Below, piece after piece: positions 1 to 12,981 of a stretch of DNA of 64,000 nucleotides. The translations under genes were made by a program, and so were the position numbers. Below the pieces are notes generated by a model, which did no database searches, had not been told where the DNA came from, and worked only from the letters and a program-made list of their open reading frames with translations. Source of the DNA: Octopus vulgaris. Its lineage: Eukaryota. Numbering within the stretch: the first letter of the stretch is position 1; every line of letters starts with the position of its first letter. The DNA is taken from the NCBI GenBank assembly GCA_951406725.2, contig OX597822.1, forward strand, positions 90,768,001-90,832,000. The letters are read 5' to 3'.

Positions 1-1312
1 GCAAAATCAATAATGAGGGTACAGAGTAAGTTGATTACACCGACTCCCGTGTTCGACTTATACTCATTTTATCGAACCCGAAATAACGGGAAAAGTCGAC
101 CGCGCCGGAATGTGAACTCAAGAACGTAAAGCCAGAACTACCATTAAGCATTTTATCCGGCGTGCTTTTACCTTTCAGATTTTTTTCTACAATAGAAACA
201 AGATAGCAAAAGTGGGGTGGCAAGCCATGTGAGATAGGCGGTGGGGGACAATACAACGCAAGAGACGTTTGACTATTAACCCGATGAAAGTGGGCTGGGC
301 TTAGATCTGTAGGCGTGTAAAGGGCATGTACTACTAAAGTATTTCATCATTGACTTTTAAAGAACCTGTACGAAACTAAGAATAATTAATTGTGTGTTAA
401 ATTGTAAAATTCGGTGCTGATTGGGACTGTAAATTGTGACTGACGGTTTAGTTTCTTGTTCGTTGACTCGCGATACTAAAGGAAAAGATCCAATTATCTA
501 TATACATACGAGTTCGAGTTATACATGGATGCAAATTGTCTACATGCTTAACTCGTATTATACACCTCTTTGGGTTTCTAAACAAATTTTCATCTTTCTG
601 TCTCTGTCCCCCCCCTCTCTCTCTCAGTACATACGTATGTATGCGTACACATACGTATTTTTAAAGATTTTATTTGTTTTAGTCATTTGACTGCGGCCAT
701 GCTGGAGCACCGCCTTTAGTCGAGCAAATCGACCCCAAGTCTTATTCTTGGTAAGCCTAGTACTTATACGTATATATATATACGTATATATAGACACATA
801 ACTAAATATATATATATACACATAAATACGTATACACACACACATATGTAAAGGAGATGTGTGCAAAATTGCTACCTGGGGCAAAATGAGTAACTTCGCA
901 TTTCTCGTTTGTTTCTCTCTCAATCTGTTAGAAACCATGGCATTGAAAATATTGCATCATCATTTTGTACTGTTGCATCATCTTTTGAAGCAAAAAGTGG
1001 TCAGCGTAGTCGTTGTTGAAGATGAATGTTTGAAACCTAATTGTGTGGCACGTACATTTTTTCAGGAAATATTTCCTCAAATTTTGATTCGATCCTAATT
1101 GAGGTTGCTAATAAAATAATTTAAATAATTTTTGGTGTTTAACAACCAATATTCTTTTCTCTTTGGAATTCCTTGTCAATTTTTTCCCACACTGTCTAAT
1201 TTGATAATTTTCAAAAAAAAAAAACAAAAAAAAAGGCCTTAATGGGGCAAAATAAGTAATGGCTAAAATCAATAATTTTTTCCGTTTGATTTGTGTGGTA
1301 CACACACACAAA

Positions 1313-1349
<37 letters not shown>

Positions 1350-1356
1350 ACATATA

Positions 1357-2130
1357 CAGGGGTTGGACAAAATAACGGAAACACCTTAAAATTTCAAATA
1401 AATATATTTTAATATGGGGTAGAGCCACCTTTGGCAGTAATTACAGCTTGAATTCTTTGAGGAAGAATATATGTATATATAAAGCTGTGGTCATGTATTT
1501 GAAACCTCCTCCGATATGTGATATTTGGTCAATGAGGCAGTTTGATGCCACTGTCCTCTCAGGCATTTTGGAAGGATATTTGATGATCTGTGGGCCCAAA
1601 ATTACATGAAAATATATTTGAAGTACTAAACAGTAAATTTATTTAATAAAATCGCCAGTGGCTTCAACCACAGCCTTCAGATGACTTCAGAATTTTCTGC
1701 AACTCTTCTGGATGGTCTCCTTACTTAAGTCGGTGAATGCTGCTATAATCCTTGGTCAGGACGCCATGATAGATCGTTAGCTCCTACACGCATTTTTTTT
1801 CTCTCCTTGTTTTTTTCTGTGTATCTTTCTGTCGAAGAGCATAGACTCGAAATGTAAAAGACTTTTTCTATTTCTGTTCCTGAGCGCTATACTAATACAT
1901 TTGTTTGTTTGTACTCCACTTGCCTTCGTCTTTTGTTTATTTTCGTAAACTTTCTTGTTATAATAATCCTTGCCTTCAGTTCATCTTTGGTGTTACAAGG
2001 TGTTTTGTTGGTCTTGTGCTCAACTGCACACCACACATATTAATCAAGGGGGTTGAAGTCTGGGGAGTTAGGTAACCAGATGTTAGAGGTGATGTGGTTG
2101 CGGAAATTGTCTGACAGCCATGGCTGTGGT
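1357..2130 (-). mobile_element. Tc1/mariner remnant (3' end)
   Basis: TA-CAGGGGTTGGACAAAATA TIR; WLPNSPDFNPLD*YVW..KDELKARII/AAF..AVVEATGDFIK, split by the family A insertion. Confidence 0.8.
1755..1962 (+). mobile_element. Short hammerhead-bearing Penelope-terminal element (family A) with 10-bp TSD
   Basis: Flanked by ATAATCCTTG (1745-1754 and 1963-1972) and interrupts a Tc1 transposase remnant; homologous to 11613-11820, 24616-24797 and 63453-63648. Confidence 0.85.
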
Positions 2131-3829
2131 GTGTTGAAGTTTGCATCTTGAGCACATTTCCTGGTTCAGTCCCAGTATTTTCTGCTTTTCTGTGTTTTCT
2201 GCTATGGCCTGAGGCTGATCAAAAGCCTTGTGTGTTGATTTGGTACCCACCCACATATCATCTCTCTTTCTTTCATCCTTCCCTCGTCTACAGTATTATT
2301 GCTCTTGTGCTGTTGCTAGTATGCCATATATGCACATCATCATTTTAACATCCACTTTTCCATGTTCACATGGGTAAGATGGTGTTTACTAGTTTTTTTA
2401 CAACAAACTGCTCTTCATGTTACCAACTCTCACCTATTTCCAAGCAAGCTCATATTTCCCCATGGCCAAATGTGTTTTCATTGAATATTGGAAGTAAATA
2501 ATCTTCATTTACAACAATCAGAGAATGTCAAAACAAGGAGACATAAGCATGCATCACACATATATAATGACTGGCTTCTCACTATTTACCAAATCCACTC
2601 ATGGTCTGAGACTATAGTAGAAGACACCTGCCCAAGGTGTCACACAGTGGGACTGAACCATGTGGTTGTGAAATAAACTTCTTAACCATAGAATCATGTC
2701 TGCACCTTGCTTATTGTCATTTTAAAATATTAAACTTATATATATATTTTTTTTTCATTTCCAGGTTTTTTTAAAAATAAGAATCTCAAAGAAAAGCAAC
2801 TCATTTATATGGTGATAATATTCAAAACTTTGAAGATAATTCAAGTTGTCTATCTTTGTATAGTCTAACGGAAGAAATGAAATGGTGTGGTTGTAATCTT
2901 TGGCATAAGAGTAATACCGCTTTACAGAAGAGTTTTCTGACCACCAAACAAACTGTCTGTTACATAGTGTCCAATAAACATTTTGATATTTTGATAAATT
3001 TGTTCTTCCAAGAATACGCTATGGATTAATTTGTCTTTCAAGCCAATGTGTATTTTGATGAATATGCCTTTCATGATTATTTCTGGACTTATATTTTAGA
3101 TAATGCTTTACTCTATAAATGGTCCTCATCTTTGTATGTACAATGGGTATTACATATATGTAAGATAAAATAATATGCTCATACTTACCTGAACATAATT
3201 TTCTATATTTTTGTATTTCTTTCAGGAATATATTTTAGACACTGCTCTGCCCTATAAATGGTCCCCGTGTTAATATATATATAACGGGTATCATTTATAT
3301 AGGGTGTAGGAATGTCTTTATGCACAACTTCCTGAAATGCATCAATTGTTCAATGTTTTATAATCACATACATGCAAATACATACACATGTACATACTTA
3401 CTTCCATTTGTTTCAGGTAGAGGTTGTGGCCATGCTGGGGCACCACCATTGTTGTGCTTGTCAGTTTATTTATTTCCATGATCTCTCTGTGTATAATTTT
3501 AGTGAATGCAAGAGTTGGAAATACTGCTTTTATTTGCATTTTTTACCATGATGTAGGGTCATCTATTATCTTAGATAAACATTTGACTGTTTTTTTAATA
3601 CATCCTCATCTATGCTTTGTAGTTCTGAGCTTTTTTTTGTTTTTTTGGTAAGGTACTGAAAAGTCATGAGCCCTTGAACCTTAAGTTGTTACTATATTTG
3701 GGTCCTTACTCCAGATGGAGAGATTGGATTTTTCTTACTATGTAACAATGTTCAGTTTAGGGGTTGGTATAAGCAACCCCCTCCAGGGTCTAATGCCTAA
3801 CTTTATATTAACTTATCTTTTGCACTCAG

Positions 3830-4650
3830 GCAATCTTCTCTGTGTAACAGCATTGGATTGCCTTGAGCACTGAGGTACTCTGCTTAACATTGATGTCCCC
3901 TCAGAGAGAGTACCATTTACTGCAACCACCTGACTCCTATTTTTAAAGTCATGCATTTACTCCCCTAGTTTATCAACTATCTCAAGATCATGCAGTCTGA
4001 AACAACTTTCTGTGATCAACTTTATTAAAAAGCTTTGACAAAGTTGAGATATATCACATCCACATTTAAATAAATGAGCAGTTATTTCAGTACACAGACA
4101 TGCAGTAATAACTGCATAAGGCAAACTCCCTCCTCAATGACAGCTGTGCTGCATGTCAGTGAGTAAACCACTTTCTTCTCAGAATGTAATCACATTCCTT
4201 CTGACAATGCATTCCTTAACTTTACCGATATGTAAGATCAGTGAGATAGACCTGAAACTTTTAGTATCTGCTTTGCAAGGAGTCATTTTCCCAAACAGTG
4301 GTCCTTTCTAGTAACACTTGAAGCAAATTATTTCACAAATTTGCAGAAAGGATTCATTGCCCTTACTTCCTTTTCTATTTTATTGAAGAGTCTGAGTTTC
4401 TTTTCAATCTCTAAAAGTGGTTTTTTGAAGTGGGATTTTTCAATGTTATTAAGTTCTTTATCTAAATGGTTTGAGACTATTATTATTTGTCTCATAAAGA
4501 CTCCTGTGTCTCTAGGAATAATTCTTGTGGGATTACTATGCACTCCCACATTTTGGTAAACAGGGTAGTAGTTTTTCCTGTATTTTCTATCCTCCATGTT
4601 TATAGATGTCAGCAGGAATTGCATAAGACCCATGAACTTTACCATTGGCT
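3830..4650 (-). mobile_element. Degenerate CR1/L2-type LINE RT remnant
   Basis: NVDVIYLNFVKAF (for DVIYLDFAKAFD) near 4020-4065 and a VPQ-like motif near 3870. Confidence 0.6.
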
Positions 4651-6256
4651 AATCATTTGATAGCCCTTTGAATTTCACCAAGTGACTCACACAATTAGTA
4701 GTTAGCAGTCACCTGAGGTAGCTGGTTTTTTGCCTCTATATCCATATGAGATGATTTAAAATGGCATCAAAGTGTTTTGTCCATTGCTGATGTTTTGGTG
4801 AAAACCCATATTGTACTTCACTCCTGAAAAACCTCCAATAAAATTGCAAAAAGATCATAAATAAAATGTTATTGAAATGATTTTCAGTCAAATATATTAT
4901 TATCAATGTATCACACAGAAATATATTTTTGTTTGATCATCTGTAGTATAGTATAGAATTTTCAAAGGTCAAAACCATAAGGTCAAAGAAAAAAACTAAA
5001 AATACAAAAAACACAGCAGTAGTTTCTTAGGGTAATGCCCTCTTAATGAATGATTGTATGCAATTTTCGTAAATAAGTGACAATATCAAATACAGTGAAA
5101 ATTTCTGAGGTAAGTTGAGTTTACATTTTATAGAAGTTTGATGAAGATAGGCCTTGATTATATATAGCAATAAAGTGTTGAATCTACCTTTACATGTCTT
5201 TGTATATCTTTTTTTATCTTGTCACTGCATAAATTCAAATTAGCTGCAAAATGTAATTATTATTCCTGTTTATTTCCAGCAATTGTTGTCTCATTCTCTT
5301 GTGGCCCACAGCATGACTCATGCAGTAAAAAAACAATGATAAAAATTAACATTTCCCTCTCCCTATACATATTTTCCAATAATTTCTTTCCTTCTCTTCA
5401 TCCATGTATTGTCTTTGTGTGTAGCGGATGTGCAGGTATAAAAGACACTAAGGATGTACAAGAAATAGACTTCCTCAAATGTCCAAGAGGATCTTTAGAG
5501 GTAGTAGATAGGCCATAAAGACATGTCCTTTATGTTCATGCCCACCCTCTACACACAATCTACACCTAAACAAACCTCCCCCACAACTCATCTTCCCAGC
5601 ATCCCCTTCTTTCCACCTGCTGCATACCTCCCCTCATTTACTTACCTGCACACAATATAATCACTTACCCACAACATATCCTCCTAATACCTTCTGTCTG
5701 TTCCCATCTCACCTTTTGCAATCTCATGAACCCACTCACCCTCTCCAATTCCCACTTTTTGTTCACTCACCCACCCCTTCCCTTCACATCTTTTTTCTTG
5801 CCTCTCTCTCCACACTCTCCCCACCTGAGATAGCCGTGTTTTCCCCTCTAATGTATGACTCCTTTTTGCTGTCCCTCCCCAACTTCAGATGAAGGCTCTT
5901 GTCTTGCAACTTATTTGGTGACTTCACTGCTGTTGGTACTGTGTGAAAAGCATCCAGTATGCTCTGTAATGTGGTTAGCATTATGAAGAGCACTCAGCCA
6001 TAGAAACCATGCCAAGGTAAACCATAGAGCTTGGTGCAGTCTTCTGACTTGCCAGTTCTTTTCAAACCATACAACTCATGCCTGCATGGAAAACAGATGT
6101 TAAAGGACAATGATATGTCTGTATATCCCATACCTTCATTTCTTTTACCTTCTTTATTTATCTATCTATCTGTCTGTCTGCCTATCTATCTATCACTCCC
6201 CCCCCCCTATCTCTCTCTCTATATATATATATACATACATACATATATATATACAT

Positions 6257-6303
<47 letters not shown>

Positions 6304-6335
6304 CATACATACATATATATACATATATATATATA

Positions 6336-7013
6336 CAGGACCGGATTTAACTCTAAGAGGGCCAGGGACATTTCAAGTTCAGTGGGCCCCTCAGAAACAA
6401 GACTGAAAATTAATGAAATCACCAGATTTAGGTCTCAAAACCTGTATATTACCTGTAATTGAATTTGACAAGTTAGCAGAGAAAGTTTAAACACATCTAT
6501 TCATGCAAAATTTTGTCATCTAATTACAGCAAGTTTTACCAACTTACTGCTGTGTACTACTTCAATACCTACAAAAAGTCTTTCTTTCTGCATTTGACAT
6601 TTAAAAATTCTTTAAGGAATTCTTCAAACTGTATTTTCTTTCAGAGCACTTAGTCTTTCATGGGTCATCATGGTCCTCAGGTAATTCTTTATCAGACCCA
6701 ATTTACTGAATGATCTCTCTCCTGAACAATTTGTGACCATTAAGTTCAAAAATATTCCAAGAGCTACATCAACATAAGGAAAGGTTTGAGCAAGCCCTTC
6801 CTTATGGATTAAAAGTGCCTGCTGTTTTACATGACCGGAGCTTACAAAAAGCTGCAAACTGTACAATTTCTTCTTTGAATACCTCATTCTTATTTCTGCA
6901 TCAGGTAAACTACATAATTCCGCTATGACTTTAGATTTGTCATGCACTGATTGCTTTTTTTGTAAGGCAACAGACAACTTCTTTCTTTTTCTCCAATACC
7001 TCAAACCACACAA
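6336..7013 (-). mobile_element. hAT (Tip100-like) transposon 3' remnant
   Basis: FPYVDVALGIFLNLMVTNCSGERSFSKLGLIKNYLRTMMTHERLSAL (hAT dimerisation domain); terminus CAGGACCGGATTT with GGGCCC subterminal motifs. Confidence 0.85.
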
Positions 7014-7961
7014 TCACATTAGTCAGCAGAATAAACACATAAGTCTATAGAAACTTGACAATTCTTAGTATTCTTCCCTTCTGTTTTAAGGTTAACTACA
7101 CACTTAGAAACCTCACCCCCTCCTATTCCTTTTTCTGTACCCATCCCTTAGTGCCATTCTAACATATCACTCCACTTCGCACACATTCATTACTTACATT
7201 CTTATCTCTTCCTACCCCTCCTCTATGCCTCTCCTACCCCCTCATAATATCTTGTCTACCAGCTAACACTCCTTTTTCACTTCCTTTCACTCTTTTTTTC
7301 TCATTTTCTTTTCCTCTTTCTTTCTTCTTTTCTCACCTTTTCTTTTGACCTCTCTCCTCATTTTAACATACACATCTCTTCTCCCTCATCTATCCATTTA
7401 ATACTGCTACTACATTCTCAAATTTTCATTCACACCACAAGATCCCTTTGAATGAACAGCACATGGAATCTATGTCTCCACACTTTCCACTTGTAATGAG
7501 AAAATATGAACTCCTATTGGAATTAACATACCATAGACAAGAAGCATTTCTACCACTAGTACACACCACTTTCCTTGGAGAATGGAACTGCAGCTATAAC
7601 ATCTTTATATATTTTTATTTTTATATTCATTCTCCTATTTCCCTATATACTCCTTATTTCCTTCCTTTTCCAAAATAACTCCTTATATTGAGCTCTAATA
7701 CTTCCCTCGATTTAATTATCTCACAGAAAGAGTTGCAAGACTAACTTTCTCTTTATAAATGTCCTGAAAATTCCACACAATCTTGGCTTTGTTGTCTCAT
7801 TTTATTTAACACACACACACATTATAATGGAATAATTACTATGAAGCAGTGTGTAGAATATATTGTATAAAGGATTGTGGGTAAGGCCAAAGCAATGCGA
7901 AGTAAATGCAAGGTAAATCACAAGAAAACAAATATGTGAATTAATGTAGACTTACCTTGTA

Positions 7962-7997
7962 TTCAATATTTCGGGGCTATGACCCCATTTTCAAGAA
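7962..7997 (-). ncRNA. Minimal hammerhead, U3-A8 variant
   Basis: Reverse complement: ttc-TTGAAAA-T-GGGGT-CATA-GCCCC-GAAA-T-ATT-gaa. Confidence 0.6.
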
Positions 7998-9230
7998 AAT
8001 AAAACCCGAAATATTGAATACATGGTAAGTCTACATTAATTCATATATTTGTTTTTTTTGTTATTTACTTTGCCTTGTCTTAGCCTTATCCATGATCCTT
8101 TATACAATATACATACATATACACACACACATATATATACACACACATATATATACATATATCTCTTTCTCTCTTTTACTTGTTTCATTCATTTTGACTG
8201 CGGCCATGCTGGAGAACCGCCTTTAATTGAGCAACTCGACCCTAGGACTTATTCTTTGTAAGCCCAGTACTTATTCTATTGGTCTCTTTTGCCGAACCAC
8301 TAAGTGACGGGGGACATAAACACACCAGCATCGGTTGTCAAGCAATGCTAGGGGGATAAACACAGACACACAAACATACACGCACATATATATATATAGA
8401 TATATACGACGGGCTTTTTTCAGTTTCCGTCTACCAAATCCACTCACAAGGCTTTGGTCGGCCCGAGGCTATAGTAGAGGACACTTGCCCAAGGTGCCAC
8501 GTAGACATACATATATATAGATATACATATATACACACACATATATATATACACATATATATACACACACACGCATATATATATACATACATACATATAT
8601 ACATTAAATAGTAAAGCACTAAGGTCGGGTAGGGGATATAGCTATTGTGTACAAACAATACTTGAAGACAAATATGCACTTACTAAAGTAAACAGATTTT
8701 TACTCCAGTTGTGTGTACAATTACAAATGGCCAACTGAATATATGAGTCCTCAAGGTTGCATATGGGTGTACAAACATTACACCCAATGTACTGCACCAA
8801 ACAGACTCCAGTATTGCAGGTTCTGAATAAATTGTATGACATACATGTGTACATATTGTTGCTATTATGCAGAAATATTGTAAGTTCAAAATGTTGGTTT
8901 TTCAGAAAACGAAAAAATAATTTCATCATTCCATTTCTGTTTACATTAGGAACAGTTTCAGCTTAACAATAACACCTTGCTGGGTCCATAAAATCATAAC
9001 TCCATGCGTGATATTTTTAGTCAGAAATATTTTTGTAAAAAAGTTGCATGTGGGGCTTACTACACTTTTGAAAAATGCTAAACTGTTGCATTGCACTTTA
9101 ATAATTATCATCCGAAGCAGCTGGAGATATGATAGTTTGACCAAAAAAACCAGTTGTTGCAAGCAAAATTAAATAGTGAAAAAATGCATTTGGCCAAATT
9201 TCAACATACAGCAATTTAAAATAATAGCAA

Positions 9231-9268
<38 letters not shown>

Positions 9269-9343
9269 ATATAATATAAAATAATATAATATAATATAAT
9301 ATAATATAAAATAAAATAAAATAATATAATATAATATAATATA

Positions 9344-9380
<37 letters not shown>

Positions 9381-9382
<2 letters not shown>

Positions 9383-10465
9383 TCATCATCATCATCGTCG
9401 TTTAGTGTCCGTTTTCCATGCTAGCATGGGTTGGACGGTTCTACTGGGGTCTGTGAAGCCAGAAGGCTTCATCAGGCCCAGTCAAATCTGGCAGTGTTTC
9501 TACGGCTGGATGCCCTTTCTAACGCCAACCACTCCGTGAGTGTAGTGGGTGCTTTTTACGTGCCACCCACACAGGTGCCAGACAGAGCTGGCAAACGGCC
9601 ACGAACGGATGGTGCTTTTTATGTGCCACCAGCACGAGGGCCAGGCGAGGCTGGCAACGGACACGAAACGGGGCGGTGCTGGCAACGGTCGCGAACGGAA
9701 GGTTCTCTTACATGCCACCGGCACTGGTAACACATCTGCAATTTCCATTGATCGATTTCCATTCTGATCCTCACTTGCCTCAACGGGTCTTCACAAGTAG
9801 AGTTTCGACATGCCACTGGCACTGGTAACATATCTGCAATTTCCATTGATCGATTTCGATTCTGATCCTCACTTGCCTCAACAGGTCTTCACAAGTAGAG
9901 TTTTGTGTCCCAAGAAGGGAAGGTATGCATACGTAGGCTGGCTCCGTCCCAAGTAGAAAGCCACGGGTTATGGACTCACTTGTCCTGCCGGGTCTTCTCG
10001 CGCACAGCACACTTCCAGAGGACTCGGTCTCTAGTCATTTCCTCAGTGAGACCTAAAGTTCGAAGGTCGTGCTTCACCACCTCGTCCCAGGTTTTCCTGG
10101 GTCTGCCTCTTCCACAGGTTCCCTCAACCGCTAGGGTGTGGCACTTTTTCACACAACTATCTTCATCCATTCTCGCCACATGACCATACCAGCACAAACG
10201 TCTCTCTTGCACACCACAACTGATGCTTCTTAGGTCCAGCTTTTCTTTCAAGGTACTTACACTTTGTCGATTATGAACACTGACATTACACATCCATCGG
10301 AGCATACTGGCTTCATTTCTTGCGAGCTTACGCATATCCTCAGCAGTCACGGCCCATGTTTCACTGCCATGTAGCATGGCTGTTCGTACACACGCATCAT
10401 ACAGTCTGCCTTTCACTCTGTGCGAGAGGCCTTTTGTCACCAGCAGAAGTAAGAGCTCTCTGAGC
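9381..10465 (-). mobile_element. RTE LINE 3' end (5'-truncated)
   Basis: ORF 9976-10485 is nearly identical to the C-terminus of the 34.9-kb copy; carries the 3' UTR and (GAT)n tail. Confidence 0.92.
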
Positions 10466-10467
10466 TC

Positions 10468-10725
10468 AAAGATTACTTTGGTCAAACAAAACTCACTCTC
10501 AGAAATAGACTAATTATTCATTGTCAACAAATAAAAAATACAAGACCCTAGTACTAGACAGACCCCACTGAGTGGACACATAGACATATGTGTGAAAAAT
10601 AAGTCTCCCAAATTTTAAGTCTTCCTACTTTACCTTCGTTCAGTCAATACCACAGATCAAGCACAGATAAACAAAGAAAACATATCCAAACAAAAATGCA
10701 AATCAAAACTGAATGGACTTTAACA
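10468..10725 (+). mobile_element. Penelope-like GIY-YIG endonuclease C-terminal remnant
   Basis: Frameshifted DYFGQTKLTLRNRLIIHCQQI..DPSTRQTPLSGHIDIC..KSKLNGL*, matching the YIGQT..R..H..P.LN layout. Confidence 0.6.
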
Positions 10726-11612
10726 ACCTACATTCACCAACAACTATTCACACACAAACTTATTCTGACACTTGACATGATCTTTTGGACACAATCATGA
10801 TCTTTCCTCATATGATGCACAAAATTAGAGGAGAATGAAATTTAATACCTGCATACAAATCATAACTATTCAGCCACTGGGCTAAATAGAAACAACTCAT
10901 CCCACTCTACCACTGGACAGATTAAATTTAGAGAGCCTTGATTGCTTTGGACTGTCACCAGACACATTCACTCAACCATGTTAGTCTTAATTTTCTGTGC
11001 AAAATATATTGTTAGATGATATTAAAACCTACAAAAATTTCTAAGCCTAATCATCCTAGATTGTCCTCTACCACACATGACAGATTAAATTCAAACAGCC
11101 TTAATCATTTGGGACTATCACAGGGCATGTTCACTCAACTGTGACAACTTTAACATAGAGCACCCAACATATTGTCACATGATATTTAAAAATGGGCATA
11201 ATGAGGAACTTACAAAAATTTCTAAAACTAATCATGTGGTTATCCTTTGCCAATCAAATCATATCTAAAACAAATACTAATTTGAGTCATGTTCTCTATA
11301 AAAACAAGGGAATTTTTGAACTCCCATCAAAAGTAAGACAATTGCAGAATATTTCCACGTCTTTCTATCTCAAACATCAGAAAAAACTGTGAAACTGGTT
11401 AAGTCTTTAAAACTTTTAAAATAAAAAATCTAAACAAATTCCAGTTCATTCTCAACTTCTTTTTCTATATTTCTACCTGTGTGGAATAAAATAACTTTGT
11501 TTTATATATATATATGTAGGTCCCTGGTTGAGTCGGGGTAAACCACAGTTATGTATTGAGTACCTTATTTATATATATATATATATATATATATTCCCTT
11601 CTGTCCGGCACT

Positions 11613-11815
11613 AGTCGCCATGATAGATCGTTAGCCACTACACACATTTTTTTTCTCTTGTTGTTTCTCTCCTTGTTTTTTTCTGTGTCCCTTTCTGTAG
11701 AAGAGCGTAGGCTCGAAACATAAAAGACTTTTTCTATTCCTGAGCGTTATACTAATACATCTGTTTGTTTTGTACACCACCTGTCTTCGTCTTTTGTTTT
11801 TTTCGTAAATTCTCC

Positions 11816-11820
<5 letters not shown>
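11613..11820 (+). mobile_element. Family A Penelope-terminal element
   Basis: Near-identical to 63457-63648; lies between (TA)n tracts. Confidence 0.8.
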
Positions 11821-11862
<42 letters not shown>

Positions 11863-11937
11863 TATATATGTATGTATGTATGTATAATGGTTTGTATGTT
11901 GGTTAGAAGATTAGAAGCATTGTGTGTTCAATTCATA

Positions 11938-11978
<41 letters not shown>

Positions 11979-12124
11979 TTGGGATTTGATTTACAAGAGT
12001 CTTTATATGAGTTCATGTGCTGAAGCATATTCTGTTGTGTCTGGGAAGAGTCATCTTCTTTTTGTGCCTTATAATGTAACATACTCACCAGTAAAATTTC
12101 CACTTATTTCTTATTTTTATTTTC

Positions 12125-12161
12125 CTAAAATTTTCGTTGCATTTTGCAACCTTTTCAATAG
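12125..12161 (-). ncRNA. Minimal hammerhead, U3-A8 variant (family C)
   Basis: Reverse complement: cta-TTGAAAA-G-GTTGC-AAAAT-GCAAC-GAAA-A-TTT-tag. A second copy lies at 42702-42738(-). Confidence 0.6.
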
Positions 12162-12981
12162 TCTTGACTCTGTCCGTTATTTACACTGTGTTCCTTTTTG
12201 TTTGTTTGTGTGCATGTGTGTGGGTCAGCGTGTGTGTGTGTGCCTGTGCATGCATGCATGTGTATGTGTGTGTATGTATGTGTGTGTATGTATATGTGTA
12301 TGCATTCATATGTATATATGTATGTGTGTGCATCTGTATGTATGTATTCTGCAAATTCATGTGTCTGCAGGTCCATGTTTATCCATGTATGTGTGTGCAT
12401 GAGTGTGTGTTTGTATATGTATATATGTATGTATGTGTGTGCATCTGTATGCATATATTCTGCATATTCATGTGCTTGCATGTCCATATTTGTGTATTTT
12501 CTATGTATGTATGTGTGTGTGAGCATGTGTTTGTATATGAATGCACCTCTGTCTGGTATTATATTTGAATATATTCAAGTTAGACAACCAAAGATTCACA
12601 AAATCTTGGATTATAGATAGCATTTCCTCACAGTACTTGGAATTTGAAAATGTTAAAAAACACAACAGTTTAGTGAATTTTTTAATATAAAGAAGCTTGA
12701 AATAGCAATTCGTATATCATAAAATTGTTTAGAATATATATTTTTGGTAAATATTGACCAAAGGAAATTTTGTGACACAATCCTCGACTGTCTCACAAAT
12801 TTGTATAAATAGAAAATATATAAAAGTATTAGCAAAGAAAGAGAAATATTTCTTACATATAATAATCCAAAATTAACTTTACTAAGCAAAAATTCTAAAT
12901 ATAAATTATATAACACCAAGATAATGATGAAGAAATAAAGAACAGTATAACAATTTTATTTATTTATCAAGAAGAAAATAT

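Noticed and set aside
3181-3191. ATACTTACCTG, the 5' end of U1 snRNA
   Set aside because: No further U1 sequence follows; it is simply the reverse complement of a consensus splice donor.
11986-12620. Overlapping 120-140-aa ORFs rich in C/V/Y/M (also 6031-6462 and 51246-51554)
   Set aside because: Translations of TG/TA microsatellites.
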